From NCBI GenBank assembly GCA_030390025.1, contig CM059431.1, positions 129,582,001-129,646,000 of the forward strand: a DNA stretch of 64,000 bases, written 5' to 3'. Numbering within the stretch: position 1 is the stretch's first letter; the number at the start of each line of letters is the position of its first letter. Below the pieces are notes generated by a model. That model had not been told where the DNA came from, made no database searches, and saw only the letters and a list, made by a program, of their open reading frames with translations. Shown here one piece after another: positions 63,363-64,000 of the stretch. The stretch is from Squalus acanthias (lineage: Eukaryota). The translations under genes and the position numbers were made by a program.

Positions 63363-63714
63363 TTTTTTAATTCATTCATGGGATGTGGCCATCGCTGGCA
63401 AGGCCGTCATTTATTGCCCATCCCTAATTGCCTTTGAAAAGGTAGTGGTGAGCTGCCTTCTTAAACCGCTGCAGTCCATGTGGTGAAGGTACTCCCACAG
63501 TGACTTTGTCGTAGTGTTTGGTACAACTGAGTGGCTAGGCCATTTCAGAGGGCATTTAGAGTCAACCACATTGCTGTGGGTCTGGAGTCACATGTAGGCC
63601 AGACCAGGTAAGGACGGCAGATCTCCTTCCCTAAAGGACATTAGTGAACCAGATGGGTTTTTATGACATTACTGACACTAGCTTCAGTAACATAACCACT
63701 ATGCTACCGTTCCC
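63363..63714 (-). mobile_element. tRNA-headed SINE sharing its 3' tail with the LINE at 1043
   Basis: 5' GGGAACGGTAGCATAGTGGTTA (A box); 63363-63503 matches 1043-1184. Confidence 0.8.
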
Positions 63715-64000
63715 GTATATGCATTATCAGTATGCCTCATGACTGAATTAAAATGTAAATCTATCAATCTAACATATATATATATAATATATGTGTGTAT
63801 GGGTGTGGTCTAATGGTACTTCACCTGAAGGTGGCGCTGTAAACAATGTGACCAATTGATAGAAATGGGGTTGGATCTCGTGTTACATGAGGGCTACCAA
63901 ACCAACAGACAAGAATCACAACCATTAGCCTCAGTTAAAACTTTCCCCACCCCACCACCAAATGAGCAAATATTTGGAGATCAATCCACCCTTCACCGCT

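Overview
Eukaryotic, repeat-dominated window with no host gene I can support. The repeat set (V-SINE/HE1-type SINE, CR1 LINEs with (TTCTTATG)n or (TTCTATG)n tails, L2 LINEs, many PIF/Harbinger transposons) points to a cartilaginous fish (inference). The main feature is a young 13.6-kb env-bearing provirus at 4332-17969. It has near-identical ~1.68-kb LTRs, a 4-bp TSD (TGTC), a tRNA-Arg(UCG) PBS, a gag that begins with a coiled coil, a UGA-CUAG readthrough into pro-pol, a degenerate tether followed by a second RNase H, and a DDE integrase. It sits inside a Harbinger transposase gene. Its env looks like a paramyxo/pneumovirus-F-type fusion protein (lokiretrovirus-like) with an apparent immunoglobulin domain at the N-terminus. 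The middle of env is replaced by an inverted, U5-less LTR from a sister subfamily. The rest of the window holds six Harbinger elements (one only two lesions from intact), several MITEs, a hAT MITE, and nested LINEs and SINEs. All family assignments are by eye; no searches were run.
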